From the NCBI RefSeq assembly GCF_009914755.1, contig NC_060929.1: a DNA stretch of 64,000 nt. One strand, given 5' to 3'. The notes beneath the pieces are model-generated. The model had not been told where the DNA came from. It saw nothing but the letters and a program-made list of their open reading frames with translations, and did no database searches. Positions 15,153 through 29,629 of the stretch are shown here, piece after piece (within the stretch, counting starts at the first letter, position 1; each line of letters opens with the position of its first letter). The position numbers were made by a program, and so were the translations under genes. The DNA comes from the human T2T-CHM13v2.0 reference genome, Homo sapiens.

Positions 15153-16330
15153 GCCTGATTTTATGCCGACAGAAGCCATGCATGAAGACCATTTGGTTTT
15201 CTTTTAAAATCTATACTTTCTTCTTACCAATTTATATTACACTAACATTATTTTTGCAATACCTGATCACAAGTATAATTTGGTTTAGGAGCTACCTATG
15301 GCTGGGAGGCAGCTGGCATGGCCAGGGCCGATCCCTTCAGACAAGGAATGTGCAAAGCTCTAGAATGGCCAGCTCAAGAATCGTAGTAGAAATAGTTCTA
15401 GTACGAGAAAGACATGGTCTACACTTCAAGCAGGCATTGGAAGAAAAAAAAAAAAAAAAAACACGTGTGTGTGAACTTATAAGTACCTGAGCCGACTGCT
15501 CAAATATCTTATTATTCTCCTTCTTACGAGAAGGTCAATAAATTTCAAGCTTCATTAGCACCAACGTGTACTCAGAACCAACAAATGTTATGCCGACTAC
15601 TCAGGGAAGGATTCAAGACATAAAATGGGCGGCAATTTTTATATCTGTAAGCATAGCATGATCACGGAAGCAAAAGTACTCAACATTTTATAAGGCAGTA
15701 AATAAAGCCTGTTTTAAACTAAAAATACAGCAGTACTTGTGGGCTGTTTTTTATGCAATCAGCATCAAAACTTGGAATGAAACAAAAATTATGTTGAGCA
15801 CAAAGTGTTTCCCTCAGAAAAGGATAGGAGAGAGGTTAGCTTGGAGTAGCCAAATAATGGTACCACAAAGTTTCAAGCAGAAGATTTAAATGTGTTCTGT
15901 GAATTACAGTGATACCTCCTGTGTGTGCCTATGATTATGAATTGGGAAAGGGGAGTGGGGAGAAACTGAACCCTGGCCCCGCATTTTTCCACAGACATTT
16001 AGCATAATGAGGTGGCTGCTAAGCTTTCATTTTCAAAAATCCCCTGTTTTAAAAAATGCTTAGGATGGCTGAGTTGGAGAATACTGGCATGGAGCACAGT
16101 AAAACTAATGAATCTATACATTTGTTTAAAATTTAATTAACTTCCATTATTTGAATGGCAGAAAAAGAGGCCTATACCCTGACGCATCAGTAGGAAGTAC
16201 ACACCACGTTTCATTTGCCTTTGCATATCAATTTACATGATGAAAGCTCTGTCCTCTATATTGAGCTCACTACACACTAGATCAACAGCCCAGAATTCCC
16301 TCCTTCATAAGTTTGGATTGGCTGACATTT

Positions 16331-16872
16331 TGTGTCTGGAATTGGTTCCTTCCGGTAGGTTCTTGGTCTCGCTGACTTCAAGCACTAAGCCGTGATGGCG
16401 GTGAGTGTTCCAGTTCTTAAACATGGTGTGTCCAGAGTTTGTTCCTTCCCATGTTCAGATGTGTCTGGAGTGTCTTCCTTCTGGTGGGTTCCTGGTCTCA
16501 CTGACTTCAGGTGTGAAGTGGCAGACCCTCACCGTGAGTGTTACAGCTCATAAAGGTAGTGCAGACCCAAAGAGTGAGCAGCAGCAAGAGCAAAAGAACA
16601 AAGCTTCCACAGTGTAGAAGGGGACCCCACTCGGTTGCCGTTGCTGGCTCAGGTGGCCAGCTTTTATTCCCTTATTTGGCCCTGCCCACATCCTGCTGAT
16701 TGGTCCATTTTACAGAGTGCTGATTGGTCCGCTTTTACAGAGTACTGATTGGTGTGTTTACAAATCTTCAGCTAGACACAGAGTGCTAATTGGTATGTTT
16801 ACAATCGTTTAGCTGGACAGAGAAGTTCTCCAAGTCTCACCAGACCAGAAGCCCAGCCGGCTTCGCCTCTCA
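16331..16872 (-). mobile_element. Solitary ERV9 LTR (LTR12, short LTR12F-like)
   Basis: Minus strand starts TGAGAGG and ends CACA. Repeated ct(g/a)attggt units and LTR12 U5 repeats (ttcttggtctcgctgacttca) are present. 4-bp TSD attt at 16327-16330 and 16873-16876. Confidence 0.92.
16660..16795 (-). promoter_or_regulatory. LTR12 promoter module: four CCAAT boxes followed by an AATAAAAG TATA-like element
   Basis: attggt occurs four times on + (~16699, 16723, 16748, 16789). cttttattccc lies at ~16661-16671. NF-Y-driven promoter activity of LTR12 is established for the family but not shown for this copy. Confidence 0.55.
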
Positions 16873-17716
16873 ATTTCACTTTGACCTAGTAGAAGAAACA
16901 GAGTTGTTTCCAACTGTATAAATGATGAAGCAGTAGCAAAACCTGCTGTACTGACTTTGATGTGGAACAAGGTTTCTCTTCCCAGGTTACCTTTGGGGAC
17001 GTAATGATGAACTTGTTCCAAATCTGTGAAACTTGAATACAATGAGTATTCAATAAATGCCAGTTGCATGGAAAAGAAAGTAGGAAATTGTGTTTTGGGG
17101 GTCACTTAGGCCGAATATTGTTTTTCTTTTTTGTTGTTGTTGTTCTTTAGAGTAACAAAAACAAATTCAGAGTAAGAGATTGATGAGTACATTATATGTG
17201 GAAAAGTCAAGAATACTTGTTGGAATTGACATCATGTGGTCAGAACTCCTTTCTTTCTCCTTTTCTTAATTTTCTTACCTCTGTCTCCCTTTGTGTGTAG
17301 TCTCTATTTTCTCCATTTTTAGAGGGAACTCTATTACATTGTCCAGTGCACAAGATGAGGTGGGGACCATCTGAGTAATGAAGCAACTACTCTTTTTTCT
17401 AAAAAGCTGCCCATGATTATTGGCCAGACCTAAGACTCTTGCTCAGCCTGTGGGTAAGGGACAAAATACAGTAATTACCAATATCACTGTATTCACAGAG
17501 AGGATAGGTATCAAAACACTGATAAAACGAAGGGGCAGAAGTGTCAACCAGAAATAGTGGAGAGAGGATACTGGCAGGGAAAAATAAATAAGCAAACAAA
17601 TTAAAATGTATCAGAGAACTATAGCACATAACCGAGAAATAAAAATTCTCTTTACTCTTAAGGCATGATTTCTTTTTAAGTGAAGTAATGCAAATATTAG
17701 ATTTCAGTATTTATCT

Positions 17717-18325
17717 GTACTAGTATTCTATTGCTGCATTTCAAATTTCCATAAACTTAGCAGCTGAAAATAACCCTTATTTATTAACTCACAGTTCTGC
17801 AGGCAAAAATTCAGCCCAGTGTGAATGAGTTCTTTGCTCAGGGTCTCACAAGATTGAAACCAAGGTGTCAGCAGGGCTGTGTTCATCTCTTGAGGCTCTT
17901 AGGGAAGAAGCAGCTTTGAAGATAATTCATATTGTTGATAGAAGACACTTCCTTGCTCTCTTAAGGTTGAGGTTTCCTTTGTTACTGCCAGCTGTGAGCT
18001 GGGGTGTAGGTAGTTCAACTCCTGCAGGTGGCTTCTCTGCATCCACAGCTTTAACACATGTATTTGCTTTCTTCCAAGCTGGCTGGAGCATGTGTTTTGG
18101 ACTTCCTTTTCTTACACTTGGAAAAAACTTTCTGCTTTACAGGTCTCATGTGATAGGGTTAGGCCCACCCAAATAATCTTATTTGAAGATTAACTGTGTC
18201 ATATGACATAGCATAAGCATAGTAATAAAATCCATTGTCCTGACAGTCCTGGAGATTATGCAGGATATGGACACTCAGGGGAGAGAAATCTAGGAGTCTG
18301 TTGTAGAATACTTCCTACTACTCTG
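17717..18325 (-). mobile_element. MLT1 (E/F-like) MaLR LTR
   Basis: tattgctgc...aaacttagcagctgaaa...tttatt...ctcacagttctgcagg...gctcagggtctcacaag...caaggtgtcagcagggctg. Confidence 0.75.
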
Positions 18326-18396
18326 TAGGTTACATTTCAGTCATAATTGAAAATTCAGGTTTGATTTTGATTTAGTTCAGTATTGATAAGCTAAAG

Positions 18397-18761
18397 TGAT
18401 ATGGTTTGGCTCTATGTCCACCCTCCACCCCCCGCCAATCTCATCTCGAATTGTAATATCCACATGTTGGAGGAGGGGCCTAGTGGGAGGTGATTAGATC
18501 ATGAGGGCAGATGTCCCCCTCATCGTTCTGATAGTGAGTGAGTTCTCATAAGATCTGATGGTATTAAATTGTGGCACTTCACCCCTGGCTATCTCTCTCT
18601 CTCCTGCCGCCATGTAAGATGTGCCTCGCCTTCTGCCAAGGTTGTAAGTTTTCTGAGGCCTCCCCAGCTGTGCAGAATTGTGAATCAATTAAACTTCTTT
18701 TCTTTATAAATTACCCAGTCTCAGGTAATTCTTTACAGCAGAGTGAAAATGGACTAATACA
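18397..18761 (+). mobile_element. Solo THE1 (THE1D-like) LTR
   Basis: Canonical termini tgatatggtttggctct ... ttataaattacccagtctcagg...ggactaataca. Confidence 0.9.
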
Positions 18762-19997
18762 TCAAGTTTTATGATGTAAAATAATACACTGAAGTATGTT
18801 TGGACCCTGGTTAGTCTTGGAAATTCCATCTATAAGTTCTGTCTGTAACTTACCTTAATAAGAAACCAACGATACATGGAGAAGGAAAAATTGTAAAAAC
18901 CAGTGGATGATCAGTAAGAAAACTAATTTTTTTTTTTTAATCTCGGAAATAATGCACCTCTATGGTCAATAACATTCATGTGTCAGTTTTAAGAAAATGT
19001 TCTACGAACACGTATGCACACACATAATTCCATGGACTCCAAGAATCATTAGGAGAACCTTAATAATAATAATAATAAATTAGTAGCTTCTGAAAAGCAA
19101 CCAAACTTTAAAAGAAATATTCAACATTTAAGGCTTCAATCAATCTCTACTTAAGCACCTGCTTTCATAATCCTGAAACTCATTTAAAAAAAAAAAAAAA
19201 AAAAAACTTTCTGACCTTTAAAAATGCAACAGCCTGAAATCAATTTATTTCAGTCAGGCATTCAATAGTATATACTTGCTAAAACAGTCAAAGTTCAAGT
19301 TATAGCATCTGTGACATCTATTTTTTTCGTTTTTGCATTTTTGCCTTCTTATTTTATTTTTTTCTTTTAAGTTAAAGTCAAAATGGAACTATTATCTCTT
19401 TGGCAGTTTCTTGGGAATCCTATTAACCTATTGGGAAATAAGTAAACTCTGAGAATGATTCCTTTCTTAATATGTTTATAATGAGAGCTTTAAAAAAATG
19501 ATCTCTCACTAACCTGTATTTAGAAACAAGATGTAACTTACTGCATTTCTTACACAGGATAGTTAATATTTATCTTTGGGATTAAGATTACTCATTTTCA
19601 CACTATGGGGCAGAAAATAAATATTATGTATAAATTATTATGCAAGTAAGATAATATTTATGATACTATTACAAGATATAAGACCATGAAATATTAATTC
19701 TTAGCAGTAAATTTGACAAAAAAACTTGACTCATAATGCAAAGAAAACAAGCTAAGTTCTTGTATTTATTTTTTCTGCATTTGTGATATTACACATTCAA
19801 ATCCATTTGAAGTAGTTACTATAGAATGAGGAAAGGAAATAGAAGACTTCGGTAAGGCGGCTTCATGCTTTAACACACTAAGCAATCCCCACAGTGATGG
19901 ATGCTACAAAAAATAGGTCACCTTCAAACCACCCTTGAAAATAAGCAGACACTGTAATTTCAGATTGTGTTCTTATGAGCATTGTTAAGAGCATTGA

Positions 19998-20131
19998 GAT
20001 ATATATACATATATATAAATGTTATATATTTAACAAATTATATATATATTTGTTATATATATAACAAATATATATATAACCTATATATACATATATAACA
20101 AGTATATATATATATAAATAAATATATATAT
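19998..20131. repeat. (TA)n-rich simple repeat containing a perfect 42-bp palindrome (20038-20079)
   Basis: Read directly, and base-by-base self-complementarity checked around 20058/20059. Confidence 0.92.
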
Positions 20132-20724
20132 TTGGCCTTGTATTTATTTTGCAAAAATTGTGCTTGTCTGAGCACAAGAAAATACCATTTTTTCATTTTT
20201 TTCTCTCACATAAAACACATATAAACGTCTTCATACACATGCACAAATCTGTGTAGTTATTAGTTCATTGTGAGAAAGAATGTAGATATTTTAATGACCA
20301 TTTCTGTTATTAAATGGAGTTACTCTATTACCTTTTTAATATGATGGATTTTATGTCTTTCAAAGCAAATTATGGCACAATGTGCACAACCATAGAAAAA
20401 TATTTTATTCAAAAAACTGACTCCCTGGGAGCGATTACTAAATTGTGTTTTCTAGTACCTAGTACAATTACTAATGGGCAGTCGAAAGTATTTTTCAATG
20501 ATACTATTGTTATTAATGCATTCAGGGTAATACAAATCTGGCTTTGCTCAAATTGATGTCACAAAACGAAAACTTGGGTAGTTTATATCTATTGCTAATT
20601 CAATTCTCTGAACATAGATTCAGCTTTTTTGGTTTTTTTCTCTCAAGATATTTCAAAAGTTTTTTTTCCTGTTAATGGCATTGTATTATCAAATTAAAAG
20701 TGAGATGATTCAGTTTAAATGCTA

Positions 20725-20950
20725 GTCCCAAAGACACGTGGGGTTAGACAACCTGGTTTAATCTCTGCTCTGAATATTTTTACTTGTGTGTCTTGAGCCA
20801 AGTTAGCCTGCCTGTCCCTCAATTTCTGTATCTACAACATGAGAATGCTAATAGAAGGATTGTAATCATAGTGTTTTTCTGAGTATTAAAGTGGGTTTAG
20901 ACACATAAAGCCATTAGAAAGTTGCCTGGCAAAATATAGAAGCTTGATAG
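20725..20950 (+). mobile_element. MIR fragment
   Basis: cctggtttaatctctgctctg...tgtgtgtcttgagccaagtta...cctcaatttctgtatctacaacatgag...gttgcctggca. Confidence 0.65.
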
Positions 20951-21879
20951 CTTTTTCTACCATCTTATTGAATCCAATCAGTTTTCTCATGCACATTTAT
21001 ATAAGTTAATATAAATAGAAAGGAATATTGCTATACTGGGCTTATTTGGATATGAAGGGAGAGAAATGAAGGAAAACAAACTGTGAAGCCAAATTCTCTA
21101 CAGTATTCTCCAAATTTATGATATAAATATTATAGTCTACATTTTACATATGAAGACTCTGAGGTATGAAGAAATTCAGTAATTTACACAATAACACAAA
21201 TGTAATAAGTGATCAGTTTCGGATTCTAACCCACAAATATCTGATGTTCAGGATCATGGATTTTAACTCTTTTTATGTTGTATACACCCTATATGCCAAA
21301 CAAAAATTCAAACGACAACAACAACAAAATTTAAAGATGGGCTTGCTATATGTGCATGCATTCGTTCCTTTATAAATTCATTAGTTCATCAAACCATTGC
21401 TGAGCATGGACCATGTGATCTGTGTTTGATCTGGTGAAAACACAGAAATCACTAAATATGGTATGATTGTGTCTAATTTCATATCCCTGTGAAAAGAAAA
21501 CTTCGACCTCTAAAATTAGACCAACTCTGATAAAAATCCACAGCAAATGACAGAAAGAAGGATACAAATTAAATATGAGGTGATGGAAAAGTGTACAACA
21601 GCCAGAGAAAGAATAAGATTACACAAAGGGATTTGATATAAGTGTATCATATTGCTCCATTCTCAAATATTGTGAATTGAACACATCTCTCAACTAATTT
21701 AACATCCATTTAAGGGTAAGAGAAAGCCACTGATAGAATTAGTATTATCTAAAACAAATTTCAGTGGAAAAAAAGGATTTTATATTATCTCCACTTTGTA
21801 GGGTCATTTCATTCTGGTGCAGGTTTTGCAAAAACAAACCATTGATTTGGAAATCATAAATATATTCTAAATTTTAATA

Positions 21880-21995
21880 TAGTTACTTATGTTAAACATA
21901 ATGTGTTAAAGTTTTAGCATATTCTTTTTGACTAATCATTAGTTACTTATGTTAAACATAATATGTTACATTTTTAACATATTCTTTTGACTAAT
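21880..21995. repeat. Tandem duplication, 2 x ~60 bp
   Basis: tagttacttatgttaaacataat... starts at both 21880 and 21940, with a few substitutions. Confidence 0.92.
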
Positions 21996-23066
21996 TAATC
22001 ATTTCCTTTTTAAACTTGGAGAGGCAATGGGGGGTACAGAGTGAGACAGGAAGGCAGCCTCTGTAACAACCTGAGGACTCATGGTTGGGGAAAGATGTCA
22101 TCTACTTTTAGTCAAGAGATAAATGTTTTACCTGCTAATAGGGAAACACACCCAAAAGCACAGAGAAAAGTCTGGTCAAAACACTGCATTGCATCTAATA
22201 AAAACTAATTAACTGGTTTAAAAGCAAAAGATCCCTTGGTACTGCAAAACTCAATCGCTTTCACAATAAATAGATAAACTGCTTTGTGGGAAGAATTTAC
22301 TAATACATGGAAGAACTTCCATTAGAAACTACATGTTTATTTGATTTCTTAAAACGTATTTAGGCATAATGTGTGTTCTAATTATTTTCATTTCTTGAAG
22401 AATATGTATTCTTATACAATTCTTATTGTTGACAATTTTGTGGCTACACTTTTGTCTTTTCTTCTTTCCTTCCTTTCTCTCTATTATGCCTTCTTTTTCC
22501 CCTTTTTTCTTCGTCAAAATTCTTAAGCCTTCTAAAGTCAATCCTGTCACAATGAAAATACATTAAAATGGCTATAACGTCCGATCCATGAACTTCAGTG
22601 AACTCTAAAGACTCCTCAAATATACGCAGATGTATAGGATTCTTACGTTTCTCCTAATTTCTACTAGAGAATCTGTCTCTTATCTCTTCTTCCCCAGCTG
22701 TTCCTTCTATTCACCCCATATTAACCCAAGCATGAAGCACAGCCCTAATATTTGTTAAAAAATCCAAAAGCTTGTGAAGTTTTAATGAAACCCTAGAACT
22801 TGGAAAGTATTATATCAAACTACAGAAAGTTGAAAATTTAATGTTTGTCTCCCTCTTCTTAAAGGTCCTCTACTCAACCTTTAGACTGACAAACTCCTCA
22901 CGGCTTGCCTCAATGTCTTAAATGCTTTTCCCACCGCTTTTTTTGTTCTACTTCCGATTTTCTGTTTTTAGCAAACCTTGATGTTTCTGGGAATGCCCAT
23001 GGATAGCCTAGATTTCTTCTTATACCCTGAAAATTAGGAAATCAAGCAACTTTTCCTTATTTCTAA

Positions 23067-23375
<309 letters not shown>

Positions 23376-26300
23376 AGGCATTTTTCTGATATTGCAGAGC
23401 TATTGTCATATCCTGTAACCAAAGTAACCTGTTGTAGTGTTATATGGGGGGAGGAGGGGAGTAGTTTTCACGACTACGTTTGGAAACATTCTAGTCTCTG
23501 CTATTTATTTACCTTTCCAGTTACTAATACAATAGGTGATACAGGTGAGGCAGATATCAATTTTGGATCTATTCCCCTGTATGGTGTATTTTTTTTCTAG
23601 CTGTCCTTAGATTATTATTTACATAAGTTTGTCGCAAAGGGCTTTGTGAAGGAGATTTTTTTTTCCCTTTCTGATGATTACAAGATCAACTGGGAGAAAA
23701 GATGGTAAATAAAACCAATGCACTGAATATTGATCTCTGAAGTAACATGAAAAAGTGATACTGATTCACAAAGAGTTCAGAAACTGCAGATGCTTTTCCC
23801 TAGTATGTGTAAACATTTGAGATAAAGTGGCGCTCATCAATATACTTAGATGCAAAAATGTTTGACTTATTAAAAGAGTCCCATTAAGAACAATCAAGGA
23901 GTTTAATCATAGCAACCAAATTTGCACTTCCCTCAGTATCAGTCAGAAATAAATACAGGAAATTTAAGACTCAACTTTTCTGTTCTGATCAAGAGATCCT
24001 ATTTATGAAGGGAAGATTATGAAAAGTCTCAGTGATGGACAGAAAGCCAAATAGTTGCGATTGTTGATATCTTTGTCTTCTTCAGATGATGCCTTTAGAT
24101 CCAGCATTATCCCTCTTGTTCTCTCTTGAGAAAGAAGCTGTTTCTGAGACATACAGCTAACAGTAGAGACCGTGGAACAAAATGCTTGATTCGTAGGTCA
24201 TTTTGTCTATACTGCAATTAAGAAATGTGAATATATCAAATATTTTTTAAAGTTTTACTCCCAATGTATTACATTTTACTAATAAATCATGTATACTTCG
24301 CATGTGTTAAAAATGTAGAATTTTTAGCTAGATTTAGCTTTTTTTGAAATCGTACTTATATTTATCTTATCGTAATTGATTTGATTTTATGTAGCCAGAC
24401 ATTTTATACCATTAAATAAAAGGGTATTTAAAATTAAAAAAAAATTAAAAAATAAAGGAGAAAATAAAACATAAATAGAAGTGACTATGATAATAAAGAC
24501 TAACAGAAAGAAATTAGGTTAGATGGAGTTTACATTCGAGTTCAGATTTGGGTTAAGCTGCTTTATTGGGATTATTAAGTGCATATGCAAATAAATTAGT
24601 GTAGGACATATAGTTTTTAAAATTTTATTTTGCACTTGGGACTATTTGAATTCAGTTAAAAAGATTTTATTACTAGATTTTTCATGATAGCATATCAGTG
24701 GTTAGTCAAAATTAAATAAAACCTATAAGGCATTTAACATAGTATATAATATTCGATAAGAGCTAATAATGGAAATAATGAAGAAATGCTAACAATAAAT
24801 TAAGAAATGATATCTAACTATAGTAATGTATTGTTATTAATAACTGATTATTATTGGCATTTATTTTTAAATCTAGACTAAATCACATACATTTATGTAG
24901 TATTCTGAAAAATAACTACATTGTTTGAAATGATACATCAAATTTACTGTTATTCAAAATAGAGATTCCATTACTGAAAATTTGATATGAATGGTTTATT
25001 GTCTGGAAATTTTTTCCCTAAAACCGAGCTTGTGAAATATGTTTTACAATGTTGGAAAAGTAAGAAAGAAGTTATTTTAACCTTCTCTCATATTTTTCTT
25101 CCCAAATCCTGGGTCCAAGCCAGTGACCTCTCCAACTTTTATAGAAGTTCTTATTCACATATTGTGACACTTTGAAATGAGAGATTATAATTGGAGTGAG
25201 CTAAAGTTGTAAAATATGACAATCTGAGAAAATAGGATGGCTTTTATATGTAGCCATGAAGGCAATATTCGAGCAAAGTAAGAAAGATAAAAGACAGCAT
25301 TGGGGGAATAGCATATTTTTTTTTCTATAACAGGATGTATAATATATCCTAGCACATAAGCTTTTTTGCTCTTGAGCATTGCAAATATTCTTTTTTCTTC
25401 TGTGAGCTTCTTTGGCATACACTGGGGATGCTTGGGGGCCTTTTTGAGATGGATTTCTGCTCTCTTCAATATAAGGTGAAATATTTCCAGATGATAAATA
25501 GCTCTGGGTCTGTTACTCAGGCAGGGGAGTTCTCAAAGCACATTGGGCTGTTAGAGGGAATTCCTAACCTTGTAAAGTGGTATCCCTCTTGCTCATATAG
25601 CAACAATTAAACTAGGGAGAACAAATGAGTCACCTCAGGAGAGTAGACTAGCATAGAATGTTAAATATTCTTGGGCATTCGGTGACTTTGAAAAGAGAAC
25701 AATTTGCATAACATTACTCAGGCAGAGTTATAGATCATCTTTGGGTCTGATCTTCTTTCATCTATAAATACCTTAAGTATAATCTAATGGCTTTGTAGTT
25801 AATATAATGGCCACTATGATGTTCTTGAGCTCAGAATAAGTATTAGCATGAAACTAGGCAACTTCAAAAAAGGAAACACTAAGTGTTTTATAAGTTTACC
25901 AGGAAGAATCTAGCAAAAGTAGTTTGTGTTGTACATAATAAAATTATTTCAGACAAAGAAACTCACGCAAAATTTTCTTATACTCATATTGGCTGGTTTA
26001 AGTGAGTAAATCCTGTGTGTAAGTAAACAAATCAGTGACAATATTACTTTAAATCTCAATCACTAACTACTAAACCATTCTACATCACTTATAATCATAG
26101 ATTTCAAGAATGGTAATGGGTCTTACCACTTATACGTGATTATTATAACAAAATGTACTGAGAGTATCCTGTATAAGAAACATATCCCTTACATCTGAAT
26201 GTGTGTATAGATCTATCAGAAGATTCTGTAACTGCTTTTATAAAGATGTCCATATTAAGTAGGACAGACCTTTATGTGATTGCTTTTGTCCATATATGTT

Positions 26301-26459
26301 TTGAGACTGAAGAAGAGCGATAGTAAAACAGATAGAGCAATAAAGATTTAGACCACATGTCTGGAAGTTTCTCATTCCAGCAGAAAAATTCAAAATGGGG
26401 ACCTAGTTCCATGACAAAAGATAATGACAAATAAATTGTTAATATTTAAATATGTGATC

Positions 26460-26875
26460 CGTCTATATTAAGGAAAGTAAAGACACTAATCCAAATGCAA
26501 TGCTTGAAACTTATGGGGCTTCGTGTTCAGAAAACAAAGAAAGAAAATGCTACAAAGATATTTGGAGAGAGAAGTGGGGGTATTGAATATGACCCATTAT
26601 TAAGTGATAACAGGCATTTTAATTAATTTTCTTAACTGAAACTGTGACAATGTGGTTATGCAGGAAAAGGTCTTATTTTCAGAAAACTGGTGCTGAAATA
26701 TTGTGTAGTGAGTTGGTATGATGTTTGTAAATTATTTTCAAATCATCCATATATGAAAGTAAAGCAAATACAACAAAATGTTGAGAATGGTTTAATCTAG
26801 ATTGTGAGAATATAGATTTTCATCATATAATTACTTCTATTTTTTCTGTTGATTTCAAGTTTTACTTAATATGAT
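26460..26875 (+). mobile_element. L1MC/L1ME 3' end fragment
   Basis: caaatgcaatg, gtggttatgcaggaaa, gctgaaatatt and aaagcaaatacaacaaaatgtt motifs. Confidence 0.6.
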
Positions 26876-27299
26876 TTTGGTACAGGGAAATGGTGTACCT
26901 CCCAAACACCTTTAACTCCTCTTCAGAGAGCATCAGTAATTTATAGCAGAGGAACAAAAATAACAACCCGTAATTCTGATGGGAGGGAGTGGCGTAGAGG
27001 TCATCAGAGAAGATGGCCAATTTCTGTAACATTGCACATAGGTGAAGGATTGGTGACTGTTTAAACAAGCCCAAAGGAGCTATATGCGAGTGTTTACACT
27101 GAGAGGGCTCCAGCAATGAAGGCACAGCTCTGAAAGAGACCCAGATTTGGCAGTGATTCCAAAGAAAAGGCATAAAATTTGCCAGGAAAAACACAGAGAT
27201 GAACTAATATTCTATATACAGAATTTCTCCTATATGCTTGAGAATGCATAAAATATAGGCATTAATGACCAGAATGTAAACAATAAAGAAATAATTTTT

Positions 27300-28880
27300 A
27301 AAAGACGTTATTCTGTAGGTAACCTGCAAAGAATTAGGACAGTGTTGGGACACCATTGTGCTTAGAACACCCCCAACCGAATATCTGAAAGTAGAAGAAA
27401 TGATTGATTCTTTTATTCATTCTAGGCCAAAACTCTGATCAATAAATACAACTCAAAAACTCAAAACTTCAAATTAGGTTATTTATTCTTAAATATGAAC
27501 AGGAAACTCAGAGTTATCTGGTATTCAAGGAAAGCCCGCCTTATGAATGGCAAAGACTCAAATTCAAAACACAAAAGTAATTCTGAAGGAAGAGATAATT
27601 TAAAGAAACCACACAAACACAGACTAATGAGAGTTTTCAAAAAGTTTCAAGAAATCCCACAGTTCACAAAATAAGAATATGATTATTTTTAAAATAACAC
27701 TTAAAGAAATCCTGAAAATGAATATATCTGTGGTATATGTGTGTGGGTATGCACAATTTGTGTGTATTAAATTTGAAAATGAAGAGCATTACCAATAAAT
27801 AAAGTAATATACATTTATTGCTTTCACACAATAGTCCAAAAGATATGACAATAAATAATATGAGTGAAATATATATGATACATTGAAGATGTGTAAGGTC
27901 TAACATTAAACAATTGAATTCTAGGTTAAGAACACGAAAAACCAAGGACAGGAAATAATCGTGGAAATAATCTTTGATAAAAATTTCTGAGTGCTGAAGG
28001 AAAATAGTTTTCGAATTGAGAAAATTTTCTAAGTGTCCAACCTCAAATAGGAAACATAAACACACATAAACTCGCACCTGGAGGCAATGTTCAAAACACA
28101 AACCCAAATAAACACATACTCGGAGACAGTGTTCTAAATAATTAGACTACATTCATAAAAATAAGATTATAAACACTAGAGAAAGAGAAGATGAAAATAA
28201 AAAGGGAAAAAAGAGGCTCTTTACCAACAAAGAAAATATAATCAGACGGATACCAAGTCCACTCTTGGTTTCTAGAAGATAATGAATACAATTTCAGATG
28301 CAAATGTATAAATTCCTTAAAATGTATGAAAAGAAATGATTTCTAATCTGGAAATATATGCCCAGATGAAAATTAATTATATATGAGGGTAAAATAAAGG
28401 CATACCGTGATATGAAAAGACTCAAGTAAAATGTCTAACATACACTCATTATTAAGAAATCATATAAAATTAGTGCAAGCCAACAAAATAGTAAACTAAA
28501 GTAAATATAACATCCAAGAAAAAGTGTTTCCAAACCAGGAGATTAATAAAGTAAATTCCAGGTTGACAATTGTGCAGATGTTCTTGTTTGGATTAGCAAG
28601 AAAGAAACCTCCCAAAGAGAGGCATGTAGTGAAAAGATTTGATGTCTGACCTCAGAAGTGGGATGAATCTAAGGATTTATTTATTCATAAATAAAACCAC
28701 TAACAGACAAAGATGTTACGGAAAAAAAATCTATATGCAAAATAAAACTGCAGCAATTACATAGGAAATACAAATTATTTGGTAATAAAACAAAAAGGCT
28801 TACATTGTTCTAATTAGTGTAAAAAGAGTATTAGTTGTTCTCTTTTTTTAATGTTTTAGCATCAACTGATAGACAAAACT
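27300..28880 (+). mobile_element. Highly degraded L1 ORF1-like/HAL1-like sequence
   Basis: A-rich sense strand with ORF1-like remnants (gaaataatc...aaaatttc; tgagggtaaaataaaggcat). No intact frame. Confidence 0.45.
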
Positions 28881-28889
28881 TAGAAACTT

Positions 28890-29606
28890 ATTTATCAGTA
28901 GGTGTTCTCAGAGAAAAAGAACAAATTGGATGTTGATATAGCTATAGATGTAGATGTAGATATAGTTATAGATATAGAGATATTTAGAGAGATCTCTCTA
29001 TATATAGATGTATCCATATATAGAGGATATATATGGATCTCTATATATCTATATATGGATATAGACATATCTCTCTATATAGGTATAGATATCTATATAG
29101 ATATATAGATATATCTCTCTATATAGGTATATATATATATATCAATATATATCTCTATATATCGATATATAAAGATTTGTTATAAGGAATTGGCTCACAC
29201 AATTATAAAGGCTGACTAGTCCAAAGGTATGCAGTTGGCAAACTGTAGACCCAGGATAGCTTCTAGTTCTAGTCTAAAGACGGGCAGGCTCAAGACCCAG
29301 GAAAAGCCAATGTTTTAATTGAAGTCAAAAGGCAGAAAAAAAATTCCAGTGTCTCAGCTTGAAGGCAGTCAGGCAGGAAGAGATCTCTGTCACTCACGGA
29401 GGGGTTTGCCCTTTTGATCTATTCATTCCCACAGCTATTGAATGAGGCCCATCCACATTAGGGAAGGCAATCTATTTTATTCAGTCTACTGATTTAAATA
29501 CTAATCTCATTCAGAAACACCCACAGAGGCACACCCAGGATAATGCTTGACAAAATCTCTGGGCAACTTATGGCTCAGTCAAATTGACATATAAAATTAA
29601 CTATCA
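28890..29606 (-). mobile_element. MLT2 (MLT2B-like) ERVL LTR with an expanded internal (TA/GA)n tract (~28935-29172)
   Basis: ataaggaattggctcacac, aggcagtcaggcagg, gaatgaggccca...agggaaggcaatct, and the terminus aattgacatataaaattaactatca. Confidence 0.85.
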
Positions 29607-29629
29607 GGCTTATTTTTAAAAAGAGGCCT

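Noticed and set aside
28902-29108. D/I/Y-rich 68-aa ORF
   Set aside because: It is a translation of the (TA/GA)n tract inside an MLT2 LTR.
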